Below, piece by piece: positions 40,726 to 50,175 of a stretch of DNA of 64,000 nucleotides. The stretch is from Acinetobacter sp. Lineage in GTDB: Bacteria > Pseudomonadota > Gammaproteobacteria > Pseudomonadales > Moraxellaceae. The translations under genes were made by a program, and so were the position numbers. Position 1 is the first letter of the stretch, and each line of letters begins with the position of its first letter. Location: assembly GCF_041911495.1 (NCBI RefSeq), contig NZ_JAYROT010000062.1, positions 1,653 to 65,652 on the forward strand, read 5' to 3'. Under the pieces are notes generated by a model. The model did no database searches and was not told the origin of the DNA. It worked only from the letters and a program-made list of their open reading frames with translations.

Positions 40726-40937
40726 ATCAATCAGTAATCCTGAAATTTCACTTAACTGATCAGCATTACGCTTTTAAGTAGGTTTTCAATCAAGGGATTT
40801 TAGCGTTTGCTATCAGTGTTTAGTATCAATGCTTCGTCAGCATGTAAATAAGCATGTAAAAAGCTTGCGTGATGGCGAATTTTTGCGCATAGTAAAATGA
40901 AATCAACCCGATGTGAATTTTTACTGAGGATCGTCTA

Positions 40938-41288
40938 ATGCCCTACTATCATCTCATCATTGAAGCCAAAGAAAACTTAGGAAAGAACGATGAAGAGCGT
41001 GACATTTGCGTATTTGACATCACTGATATTCAGTCCATCATTCCGACGATTATTCGTCCGTATCTCACGCAAGAAGCGCTGACTCTTGATGATGAAGAAA
41101 TTCCATTCGAAGACATTGATCTGTTTGCGATTAAACAGACTATTTTACCAATCGAACATTTGATCGAAGAAGAACAAAAACTCCTACCATCGAATACTGA
41201 TGTCACCATCACTGCTTATGAAATCTTTAACGATCGTGATCTTTGCCAAGATGTCACGCAAGTCATACTTGATGTATTAGATCAATAA
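40938..41288 (+). CDS. Acidic hypothetical protein (116 aa)
   Basis: RBS GAGGA; starts MPYYHLIIE; terminator downstream. Confidence 0.75.
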   Translation: MPYYHLIIEAKENLGKNDEERDICVFDITDIQSIIPTIIRPYLTQEALTLDDEEIPFEDIDLFAIKQTILPIEHLIEEEQKLLPSNTDVTITAYEIFNDRDLCQDVTQVILDVLDQ

Positions 41289-41328
41289 ACCTTTGGATCA
41301 ACAAAGCCACCGCAGAAATTCAATGTAA

Positions 41329-41356
41329 AAAAATACTCGCTTTTGCGAGTATTTTT
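41329..41356. terminator. Bidirectional terminator
   Basis: AAAAATACTCGC-TTTT-GCGAGTATTTTT. Confidence 0.75.
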
Positions 41357-41371
41357 CAGCGATCAAATCGC

Positions 41372-42079
41372 TTATTTCAACTGAATACTACCATTGGCAA
41401 TCACGGTAATTTCACTATTCCCTGCTTCAACATTTTGACTTTCAATGCTATCAGCTTTGAATGATGCGGCACGTGACGCATAGATCGGCATTGGACGGTT
41501 TGCATTGGCATTGAGTTGTAGATTCACCAACTCATAATTCGATGCGCCCCACGGTGCAAGTAAAAGCTTGGCACGTTGTTGGAATGCTTTTGACGCTTCG
41601 ATATATAGCTCACTTTCAACTTTGTTGCGCTGTTCCGCAGACACCTCAAAATTAATATTGCCGAGTTGCATGCTTTCTTGCAATTTTGCGATCAATTCAC
41701 TGGTTTGTTTAAAGTCTTGGCTGTTTAAAATCACTTCCGCACGACCACGCCAGTTCACCAATTGTTGTTTATCGTTATAAACAGGATAGGTATTTTGACC
41801 ACCTGTTTTGATCTCAACTTTTGGATAACTTTTCGCTGTGTTGATTGCTTGATTGACGATGCTATTGATCTTATTGGCAAGCGTGGCTGCATCTTTTTCA
41901 TTCAGCTCTGTATAGAGCGTAGCTTGCATTTCATCATTCGCAACGGAGCGCATTGCTTCCGCTTGAAGATTGATAATGCGATGCTCAGGCGCATCAGCAA
42001 GTGTATTTTGCGCCATCAGTACACAGCTTAACCCTGTAGCAAGCATGGCAAAGGTTTTTGCAAATTCTGATTTCAACAT
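41372..42079 (-). CDS. SIMPL (DUF541) domain periplasmic protein
   Basis: Signal peptide from MLKSEFAK; INLQAEAMRSVANDEM, NTYPVY, C-terminal EAGNSEITVIANGSIQL. Confidence 0.8.
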   Translation of the reverse strand: MLKSEFAKTFAMLATGLSCVLMAQNTLADAPEHRIINLQAEAMRSVANDEMQATLYTELNEKDAATLANKINSIVNQAINTAKSYPKVEIKTGGQNTYPVYNDKQQLVNWRGRAEVILNSQDFKQTSELIAKLQESMQLGNINFEVSAEQRNKVESELYIEASKAFQQRAKLLLAPWGASNYELVNLQLNANANRPMPIYASRAASFKADSIESQNVEAGNSEITVIANGSIQLK

Positions 42080-42255
42080 GTTATTTCTCCAAAGAATTCT
42101 TTGATTTTTATACCGTTTAAAATAATGCCTTGCCTCGCCATGCTTCACCAGTTGGATTTTGTTAAGCCGATCAGCAATCATGAATATAATGCGTGCCTTG
42201 TGTAACGCACCTTGTGAAACCGATCTGGTTTCAGCCATATTGTATCAATCAGCAT

Positions 42256-42271
42256 CGTTTCACGTGGAACA
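42256..42271. other. parS-like site
   Basis: CGTTTCACGTGGAACA, one terminal mismatch to parS; intergenic. Confidence 0.75.
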
Positions 42272-42424
42272 TATACGGCATTGCTTCCGAAGCAAAATTT
42301 CATCAATGCAAACTATCGCTTAACCAATCATCACTTCATAAAGCATATCTAAAATTCACATTTTATAAACTGAAAGACTTTGCTACTTCAGGCACACTAT
42401 TCTTTATTTTATTTGGAACATGTT

Positions 42425-43399
42425 GTGAGTAATGAATCTACAGCTTCAGAAACAGCCAAACAGGCTGGTCATGTTTTGCTTGAAGCAGGACAAAAAACCA
42501 CGGCTAAAGTCATTGAAGAATCACAAAAATACAGTGACAGCTATGCCATCGTGAATAAGTTCATCGCTGCCTTTTGGGAGCGTGTGCCATATATCATTAT
42601 CGGGCTTATTGTTTTCTGTATTTTCTTATTGCTTACACGTCTATTCAAATATTTTATTCGTAACGCATTATTAAAACGCTCTAATACTCGTCAAAACCTT
42701 GTCATGGTATTGAACCGTGTCGGTAGTGTGGTGATTATTTCTCTCGGCTTTTTGATTGCATTGGTGATCATTATTCCTGGCTTTTCACCGGGTCAGTTGA
42801 TCGGTGCACTCGGTATCGGCTCCGTAGCTATCGGTTTTGCTTTTAAAGATATTTTCCAAAACTTATTGTCAGGGATTTTGATCTTACTTGGCGAACCGTT
42901 CCGTATCGGTGATGACATTATCGTCGAAGGTTTGGAAGGTACAGTTGAAGACATTCAGATTCGTGCGACTTTTTTGCGTTCATATGATGGTCGTCGTTTG
43001 GTGATTCCAAATGCCACAGTTTATACCAGTCCGATCACGGTCAACACTGCGTATAATCGTCGTCGCTGTGAGTTTGTGGTGGGTATTGGCTATGATGATG
43101 ATATTGATAAGGCAAAAGGCATTATCAATCGTATCTTGGACAACAATGCCAATGTACTCGGCAATCCTGCACACACGGTCACTGTAACTGCATTGGCTGA
43201 CTTCTCTGTAAATCTTACCGTGCGTTGGTGGATTGATCTGAAAGAAACCAATATTCTCGCTTCGGCTAGTGAGATTCAGGCGGAAGTGAAACAAGCCTTC
43301 AACCGTGAAGGTGTGAATATTCCGTATCCAATCCAAGAAATGAAAGTGTCTGCTCAAGCACTTGCGCTCTCCAATCAAAAGAATTTAAGCGCAGAATAA
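42425..43399 (+). CDS. Small-conductance mechanosensitive channel (MscS family)
   Basis: GALGIGSVAIGFAFKDIFQNLLSG, PFRIGDDI, EGTVEDIQIRAT, IPNA, VGIGYDDD, NIPYP; GTG start. Confidence 0.9.
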   Translation: MSNESTASETAKQAGHVLLEAGQKTTAKVIEESQKYSDSYAIVNKFIAAFWERVPYIIIGLIVFCIFLLLTRLFKYFIRNALLKRSNTRQNLVMVLNRVGSVVIISLGFLIALVIIIPGFSPGQLIGALGIGSVAIGFAFKDIFQNLLSGILILLGEPFRIGDDIIVEGLEGTVEDIQIRATFLRSYDGRRLVIPNATVYTSPITVNTAYNRRRCEFVVGIGYDDDIDKAKGIINRILDNNANVLGNPAHTVTVTALADFSVNLTVRWWIDLKETNILASASEIQAEVKQAFNREGVNIPYPIQEMKVSAQALALSNQKNLSAE

Positions 43400-44089
43400 T
43401 CGCCCGAGAATATTCGACACAGCGGTTTCAGTGCGTAAAATACGGTTGCCAACATGATGAATGTGGCAGCCGTTTTCTTTGAGCAAATCAATCTCATAGG
43501 GAATGAATCCGCCTTCTGGACCAATCATCAGTTGACATGGCTGATTGAAATCAATCGGCATCGTGTCCGTTGTATATGGATGCGCTACAAAGGTTGGTTG
43601 GCTATGATTCCAAACCGATAAACGATCTTCAACAAAAGGCTTAAAGCGTTTTTCGAGAAGAATAGATGGTGCAATCACATCCCCCGCTTGTTCGAGTCCA
43701 AGCTGAATATAATGATCTAATTGATCGAGAAACGGCGTTTGCCAATAGCTTTTATCGACCCGATAGCTATGCAATAACACGATTTTTTCTACACCCAAGG
43801 TCACACTATCCATGATCAAGCGTCTAAGTACTTTCGGGCGAGGCAATGCTAAGATCAAGGTCACGGGTAATTTATTAGGAATGGCTTGTTGTTCGACTGG
43901 TGTCACAATAATTTGATTAGATTGAATTTCAACCACTTCTGCAAGATAACGTGCTTGATTGATCACGCCAACTTTGATTTGATCACCAATTTTAATGTCT
44001 AAATGTTGCTTTAAATGGCTAACTTGCCGTACATCATTGATTTGCCAAATTTTTTCATCGGTTTGTTCAGGCAATAAGACTAAATTCAT
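43385..44089 (-). CDS. rsmE: 16S rRNA m3U1498 methyltransferase
   Basis: LALPRPK, LGVEKI, EQAG, IGPEGGF, GNRILRTETA. Confidence 0.92.
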   Translation of the reverse strand: MNLVLLPEQTDEKIWQINDVRQVSHLKQHLDIKIGDQIKVGVINQARYLAEVVEIQSNQIIVTPVEQQAIPNKLPVTLILALPRPKVLRRLIMDSVTLGVEKIVLLHSYRVDKSYWQTPFLDQLDHYIQLGLEQAGDVIAPSILLEKRFKPFVEDRLSVWNHSQPTFVAHPYTTDTMPIDFNQPCQLMIGPEGGFIPYEIDLLKENGCHIHHVGNRILRTETAVSNILGRLFCA

Positions 44090-45426
44090 AAACCAGACTC
44101 AGCTGTGATGCTTTCAGCTTTGCGATGTGTTGCATTTAGATAGCGATCAATTAAGGCAATGTGTCGCTCAACTGCGCCTTGATTGGCATGTAAAATTTGC
44201 CGTGCCTGATCCACTTGTTGTTGACGGCGTGACGGATCATGAATTAAATCCATCATTTGCTCAACAGCGTGTTTAGCATCTGATGCGACAAGCACAGCAG
44301 CATGACTAACAAATTCATCGACGATCGTTTGAAAGTTAAAATAATTCTTCCCTAAAACCGTTGCCACATCGGTTGCGATCGGCTCAAGAATATTATGTCC
44401 ACCACCAGGTTCATTCAGCGAACCACCGACATAGGCGACCTGCGCCAATGCAAACCACAACCACATCTCCCCCATCGAATCCCCTAAATAGACTTGGGTC
44501 GATGCGTCAATAGTTTGATGTAAACTACGACGTTGTACATTCAAATCAAGACTTTTGATCTCATCAAAAACGGCTTGAAAACGTTCAGGATGACGCGGCA
44601 CGACTATACATATTAGCTGTGGATTCTGCTGTAAATGCGGTTTCAATGCGTTGAGTAATTGCGCTTCTTCAGGCGCATGAGTACTGGCAAGCACAATGAT
44701 GTGTCGATGTTGTAATAACCACTCTTGTTTTAATTGTTCTGCTTGCTGAAGAAACTGCTTTGGCATAGTCATATCAAATTTGACATTGCCCAAGACCTCG
44801 ACTTGCTCACTGGATTTTCCCAAATCGACAAAGCGTTGTTTGCTCGCTTGATCTTGCGCCGCAATAAAATCTAGTTGTTGCAACATCGGTGCGGTCAGAC
44901 GCTTAAACTTAGCATAGCCTTTGGCTGATTTTTCCGATAAACGTGCATTTACTAAAAGCTGTGGAATCTGTCGTTGATGTACGCACGCCAATAGATTTGG
45001 CCACAGCTCGGTTTCCATCAACAATAAAATCCGTGGCTGATATTGTGCAATAAATTTTTCGATCAAATCACGTTGATCAACAGGCAAAAATACCGCTTGG
45101 AATAACTCAGGATAGTGTCCTAAAAATAATGACTTGGCACGAGCCTGCCCTGTACGTGTGGTATTGGTGACCAGTACCGCTTGCCCAAGTTTGAGATAAT
45201 GCGCAATCAACGGCTGTGCCGCATTGGTTTCACCCACCGATACCGCATGAAACCAAATGACGTTTTGATTCTTCGCTGTTTGATATTCACCAAAACGCTC
45301 CCGCACCTCATCCTGATAATCCACCAAATGCCCCGAGCGTTTTTTCACCCGTGAACGGTACAGTGGCTTGATACAACTTAAAAGCAGGTTATACCAAAAT
45401 GGGGGGAATTGAGTCTGTTCAGTCAT
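44086..45426 (-). CDS. waaA: Kdo transferase
   Basis: WFHAVSVGE, METELWPN, NARLSEKS, GNVKFD, ASTH, VPRHPERF, DSMGEM, GGHNILEP. Confidence 0.95.
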   Translation of the reverse strand: MTEQTQFPPFWYNLLLSCIKPLYRSRVKKRSGHLVDYQDEVRERFGEYQTAKNQNVIWFHAVSVGETNAAQPLIAHYLKLGQAVLVTNTTRTGQARAKSLFLGHYPELFQAVFLPVDQRDLIEKFIAQYQPRILLLMETELWPNLLACVHQRQIPQLLVNARLSEKSAKGYAKFKRLTAPMLQQLDFIAAQDQASKQRFVDLGKSSEQVEVLGNVKFDMTMPKQFLQQAEQLKQEWLLQHRHIIVLASTHAPEEAQLLNALKPHLQQNPQLICIVVPRHPERFQAVFDEIKSLDLNVQRRSLHQTIDASTQVYLGDSMGEMWLWFALAQVAYVGGSLNEPGGGHNILEPIATDVATVLGKNYFNFQTIVDEFVSHAAVLVASDAKHAVEQMMDLIHDPSRRQQQVDQARQILHANQGAVERHIALIDRYLNATHRKAESITAESGL

Positions 45427-45517
45427 CGGCAAAAGGGCTTTGATAATTCTAAAAAGTCTTGCGCATTATGCGTGAAATTCAGGGCTTTTTCATCTGCACA
45501 GTTTTATTTGTTTCTTT

Positions 45518-46132
45518 TTATTTTTTCTTTATCAGCGCTGGAATTCGACAGTCTGTATAAGCCTCAGGTTTTGGAATTTTCGGCAGAATAATCTCTATAC
45601 CGGGTAAAATGCCTTGCTTGTCTTTCCACTCTGCATCGGCTGACGGCACACGCTCGCCACACACCGCAGCGATATTACGACGATAGCTTTCATCTAAGCC
45701 GACTTTGTCCGAGCCAATCATCATCAAGCCATTTGGACCAAAAATCGGGGTAAAGACATAACCGCCATGTTCAATATTGATGTCCTTAATTGGTACAGTT
45801 AGTGTGGCACGATAAGCTCTATTGGTCATCAACTCGATCCACTGCGCAGACACTTGCCATTGCCCATCTCGACCGACATCTTTTGGTGGTGAAAGCACAC
45901 TATTTCCTGCCCCGCCTCCATTACGCTCCGACATGGATTGATCTGCTGCACCTGCAATGAGCATCGGTGGCGTTTCTGCCAATGGCATTTCCATCGCATA
46001 GTGAGTCAAAATCACTGGGGTATTTTCATAGCTGTTAAAGCCTAAACCCAGATACAATAGATCGTTTGCTGTGACGCAAGCACTCAGTAAGGCGCAAGTA
46101 GCAATTAAACTGATGGCTTTTTCCATTTTCAC
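45518..46132 (-). CDS. Hypothetical lipoprotein
   Basis: Lipobox LLSA-C; SAQWIELMTNRAY and FGPNG motifs; two further Cys. Confidence 0.7.
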   Translation of the reverse strand: MKMEKAISLIATCALLSACVTANDLLYLGLGFNSYENTPVILTHYAMEMPLAETPPMLIAGAADQSMSERNGGGAGNSVLSPPKDVGRDGQWQVSAQWIELMTNRAYRATLTVPIKDINIEHGGYVFTPIFGPNGLMMIGSDKVGLDESYRRNIAAVCGERVPSADAEWKDKQGILPGIEIILPKIPKPEAYTDCRIPALIKKK

Positions 46133-46188
46133 CGCTGCCTTTTATTATTCTCTGCTGGATGACAGGATACAGTATAGACATATCTCGA

Positions 46189-46204
46189 TGTTTCACGTGA
46201 AACA
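46189..46204. other. parS site, perfect consensus
   Basis: TGTTTCACGTGAAACA; the palindrome extends to ATGTTTCACGTGAAACAT (46188-46205). Confidence 0.9.
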
Positions 46205-46283
46205 TTTAGTAAATATGCAATAAAAGCTCACCACCAAGATTGCCTTAATGATGAGCTTTTTAGATAAAAATCATAAGTAACAA

Positions 46284-47348
46284 TTAAGCGTCTGCTTTTT
46301 CCAAAACAGGATAGTCGGTATAACCTTCGGCAGTACGTCCGTACAAGGTTTCTGGATTAACTTGATTCAACGGTGCATTCTCAAGTAAACGCTGGTAAAG
46401 ATCAGGATTGGCGATATAGGCTAAACCAAATGCTACTGCATCGGCTTTGCCCTCAGCAAGGATTTGTTTTGCAGATTCAGCGGTGAGCTTTTCATTGGCG
46501 ATCCAAACACCTTTAAACTTGGCACGAAGCTCTGGACTCAAGCTATCTTCAGCTTGATATTCACGGGCAAAAATAAATGCGATGCCACGCTGACTGAGTT
46601 GTTCTACGACATAGCCAAAAGTTTCACTTGGGTTGGCATCACCCATGTCGTGCGCATCCATACGTGGTGCAAGATGTACACCGACTCGACCTGCACCCCA
46701 TACTTCGATAAAGGTATCAACCACTTCTAGCAATAAACGCGCACGATTTTCGATCGCACCACCATATTCATCATCACGCAGATTGGTTGAGCTTTGTAAG
46801 AATTGATCAATCAAATAACCGTTGGCAGCATGTAGTTCTACGCCATCGAAGCCTGCTTGTTTGGCAAGTGCTGCGGCATTTTTATAGTCTTGTACAATGC
46901 TTTTGATTTCATCGATCGATAATGGACGTGGCGTTTCATATGGACGTTTCGGACGAAGCAAACTGACATGACCATCAGCTTGCACTGCACTTGCAGAAAC
47001 AGGTGTGTCACCATTTAACAAGTCTGAATGAGAAATACGTCCCACATGCCATAGCTGAGCAAAAATTTTTGAACCTTGCTCATGTACTGCATCGACGACT
47101 TTTTTCCAGCCTGCAACTTGTTCTGCATTATATAAGCCAGGGGTGTGTTCATAGCCGACAGCCGTTGGACTGATCACAATCGCTTCGGTGAGCATCAATC
47201 CTGCATTGGCACGTTGCCGATAATATTCGACGTTCAGATCATTCGGGACACGAATCTCGCCAGAACGTGTACGCGTCAATGGTGAAAGCACCAAACGATT
47301 TGAAATCTCTACATCACCAACTTGTAACGGTGTATTTAACTTAGCCAT
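46284..47348 (-). CDS. Alkene reductase (old yellow enzyme, NemA-like)
   Basis: LSPLTRTR, QLWHVGR, AGFDGVELHAANGYLIDQF, RDDEYGGAIENRAR, ANPDL, GYTDYP. Confidence 0.92.
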   Translation of the reverse strand: MAKLNTPLQVGDVEISNRLVLSPLTRTRSGEIRVPNDLNVEYYRQRANAGLMLTEAIVISPTAVGYEHTPGLYNAEQVAGWKKVVDAVHEQGSKIFAQLWHVGRISHSDLLNGDTPVSASAVQADGHVSLLRPKRPYETPRPLSIDEIKSIVQDYKNAAALAKQAGFDGVELHAANGYLIDQFLQSSTNLRDDEYGGAIENRARLLLEVVDTFIEVWGAGRVGVHLAPRMDAHDMGDANPSETFGYVVEQLSQRGIAFIFAREYQAEDSLSPELRAKFKGVWIANEKLTAESAKQILAEGKADAVAFGLAYIANPDLYQRLLENAPLNQVNPETLYGRTAEGYTDYPVLEKADA

Positions 47349-47367
47349 TTTGACCTCACATGACGAC

Positions 47368-47670
47368 TTACAATGCGTCTTTTAAGTATGCGATAAATTG
47401 CTGAATTAAGTCTTCATTGCGGGTGAAGTATGACCATTGTCCACGTTTATGCACAGTGATTAGACCTGCTTGTTGCAACACCGAGAGATGATTGGACATG
47501 GTCGATTGCGACACACCACCGAGTCGTTCGATATGCCCTGCACACATACTGCCTGGCACAATATAGTCGTGTAATTCTACAGGGAGATACTGCTCAGGTG
47601 CACGTAACCACTGTAAAATCTGTCGACGCACTGGGTTTGCCAGCGCCTTAAATATTGCCTCGGTATCCAT
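47368..47670 (-). CDS. ArsR/SmtB-family transcriptional regulator
   Basis: FKALANPVRRQIL, SQSTMSNHLSVLQQAGLI, RGQWSYF; co-oriented with the reductase. Confidence 0.9.
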   Translation of the reverse strand: MDTEAIFKALANPVRRQILQWLRAPEQYLPVELHDYIVPGSMCAGHIERLGGVSQSTMSNHLSVLQQAGLITVHKRGQWSYFTRNEDLIQQFIAYLKDAL

Positions 47671-47723
47671 AAATCTCTATCAATGATCGAAATGAATCAA
47701 TTAATTCAGCACCTGAATACAAT

Positions 47724-47743
47724 ATATCGTAATTTTTCGATAT
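47724..47743. promoter_or_regulatory. Candidate ArsR autoregulatory operator
   Basis: ATATCG-N8-CGATAT about 55-75 bp upstream of the ArsR start. Confidence 0.5.
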
Positions 47744-47828
47744 TTAAATCTATTTTTTACGATATAAATTCAAGATGCTGAATTTATTTAATATTTAATT
47801 TGTGAAAAAAGATTTCACTCGAATTTTT

Positions 47829-48924
47829 TTACAATCCTTGCTTTAAACTCGCTTCAATAAATTTATCCAAATCACCATCTAATACCGCTTTGGTATTTGA
47901 GGTTTCAATATTGGTGCGCAAATCTTTGATGCGTGAATCATCCAACACATAAGAGCGAATCTGACTACCCCAACCGATGTCTGACTTGGTATCTTCGAGG
48001 GCTTGCGCTGCTTCATTCCGCTTTTTCATCTCTAATTCATAGAGTTTTGCACGAAGCTGTTTCCACGCTGCATCACGGTTGGCATGTTGTGAACGCTGGT
48101 TTTGGCACGCCACCACGATGCCTGTTGGCGCATGAGTCAGACGCACTGCCGAATCAGTTTTGTTAATGTGCTGACCACCTGCACCCGAGGCACGATAGGT
48201 ATCAGTCCGCACATCGGCTGGATTAATATCAATCTCGATATTGTCATCAATCTCAGGCGAAACAAATACCGCAGAGAACGAGGTATGACGGTTATTATTA
48301 CTGTCAAATGGTGACTTACGCACCAGACGATGCACACCAGACTCAGTACGCAACCAGCCATAGGCAAACTCACCATCGACACGGATCGTTGCAGACTTAA
48401 TCCCTGCCACATCACCGTCAGAAACTTCCATCAAATCGGCTTTGAAGCCATGACGCTCAATCCAACGCATATACATCCGTAGTAGCATCGATGCCCAATC
48501 CTGCGCCTCTGTACCACCAGAACCTGATTGAATCTCAACGAAACACGGATTCGGATCCATCGGATTGCTAAACATGCGTTGGAATTCTAATTTTTCTAAG
48601 GCTTGTTCTGCGGTATCAAGTTCTGCAGTGACATCTTCGAGCAGGCTTTCATCTTCTGCTTCTACTGCCAAATCGAGCATTGCCTGTGCATCGACCAATT
48701 GCTCAGCGAGCTGATCTAAGACACCAACACTATTTTCCAAAGCGCCTTTTTCTTTGGCGATGGCTTGCGCACGCGCTTGATCGTTCCAAATCGCAGGATC
48801 TTCTAATTCACGCAAGACTTCTTCTAAGCGTTCTTTCTTTAGATCGTAGTCAAAGATACCCCCGTAACATATCGCCACGATCGGTCAAATCTTTTAATCG
48901 AAGTACAAAAGGATTAATTTCCAT
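47829..48924 (-). CDS. prfB: Peptide chain release factor 2, +1 programmed frameshift
   Basis: ATG at 48924 gives [24 protein letters not shown], then CTT TGA C (48855-48849); the +1 frame continues DYDLKKERL...; SPF and GGQ motifs present. Confidence 0.97.
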
Positions 48925-49333
48925 AACTTAAACTGTCACAACACAAAAAAATTAGCGCATATTTTAGCACACTAAGCATCCAAGCTCATCATTCGAAATC
49001 GTGTATTAAAATAGGAAATGCACATTTCGAAAATTTCATTAAAAATTGCAAATATTTCAAAAATCGTATCAAAGTTTGTCCATAAAAATTGAAACTATTG
49101 ATGAATATTTCATCAAAAAAAGCATGGTATACATAGCATAACAATTCATTGATGAATCTTTACATTATTATTATATCAATATTTTCAATTAGTTATAATT
49201 TAATATTTCAACATTGTTACAGAAGTTGCTACTTACCTTACACGACTTAACCAAGTCGATTTGACGAGATAAAAATAACTCTTAAACTAGAAAATGTAAC
49301 AAAAAATGTGAATTCCAAAATTTGGAGGATATT

Positions 49334-50128
49334 ATGAATAAGTTAACTCTTGCTACTGCCATTCTTGCAGCATCTACTTCTCTTGCGATGATCAATGCCA
49401 ATGCATATCAATTTGAAGTTGGTGCAGGCGCAGGCTATCTGGACCCTGACAATGGCGACTCTGGTAGCCAATTTGATTTGGGTGGTACGTACTACTTCAA
49501 TCCAGTTCAAGACAAAAATGCACCACTTGCAGAAGCAGCTTTTGTAAACCGTGCAAGTAATGTGTCTGTTAGCGCAACTTTCCAAGATCAAGGCGATGAT
49601 GAAGAGCATAACCGTTATGGCGCTGGCGTAGAATACTTTGTACCAAACTCAGACTTCTTCATCGGTGGTAATGTCGCTCAAAATAAATTTGAAAATGATG
49701 ATGAAGATTCTGATAACGATTTGACAACTTATGGCGTTGAAGTTGGTTACTTACCAGTACCAAACTTGTTGATCGCTGCAGGTGTCAAAGGTTATGAAGA
49801 TGACCGTGACAACGATGGTGTAGACCCTACACTTCGTGCGAAATATGTCACGCAAATCGGCGATAATGCTGTAAATCTTGAAGCAGGCGCAGCATTCGGT
49901 GATTTGGATGAATATAACCTTGCTGCTGATTACTTCATCGACAACACCTTTAGTATAGGTGCAGATTACTATAGCAATGATTTAACTGATAACAGTGAAT
50001 TCGGTATCAATGCACGTAAGTTTATTTCACAACAAACCAGTCTTGAAGGTCGTGTAGGCTTCGGTGATACTGGTGACAGTGACAACGACTACAATACATT
50101 TGGTATCGCTGCGAAACACCGTTTCTAA
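49334..50128 (+). CDS. Putative outer-membrane porin (Acinetobacter Omp33-36/Omp25-like)
   Basis: Signal peptide ending NA-YQFEV; PLAEAAFVNRASNV family motif; amphipathic strands; C-terminal Phe. Confidence 0.85.
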   Translation: MNKLTLATAILAASTSLAMINANAYQFEVGAGAGYLDPDNGDSGSQFDLGGTYYFNPVQDKNAPLAEAAFVNRASNVSVSATFQDQGDDEEHNRYGAGVEYFVPNSDFFIGGNVAQNKFENDDEDSDNDLTTYGVEVGYLPVPNLLIAAGVKGYEDDRDNDGVDPTLRAKYVTQIGDNAVNLEAGAAFGDLDEYNLAADYFIDNTFSIGADYYSNDLTDNSEFGINARKFISQQTSLEGRVGFGDTGDSDNDYNTFGIAAKHRF

Positions 50129-50140
50129 GCCATACTCGCT

Positions 50141-50172
50141 AAAAAAAACCGCTCTCATGAGCGGTTTTTTTT
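50141..50172. terminator. Intrinsic terminator of the porin gene
   Basis: A8-CCGCTC-TCAT-GAGCGG-T8. Confidence 0.85.
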
Positions 50173-50175
50173 CGT

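Noticed and set aside
40839-40860. AGCATGTAAA direct repeat (period 12)
   Set aside because: Ten base pairs in AT-rich DNA is too short to distinguish from chance.
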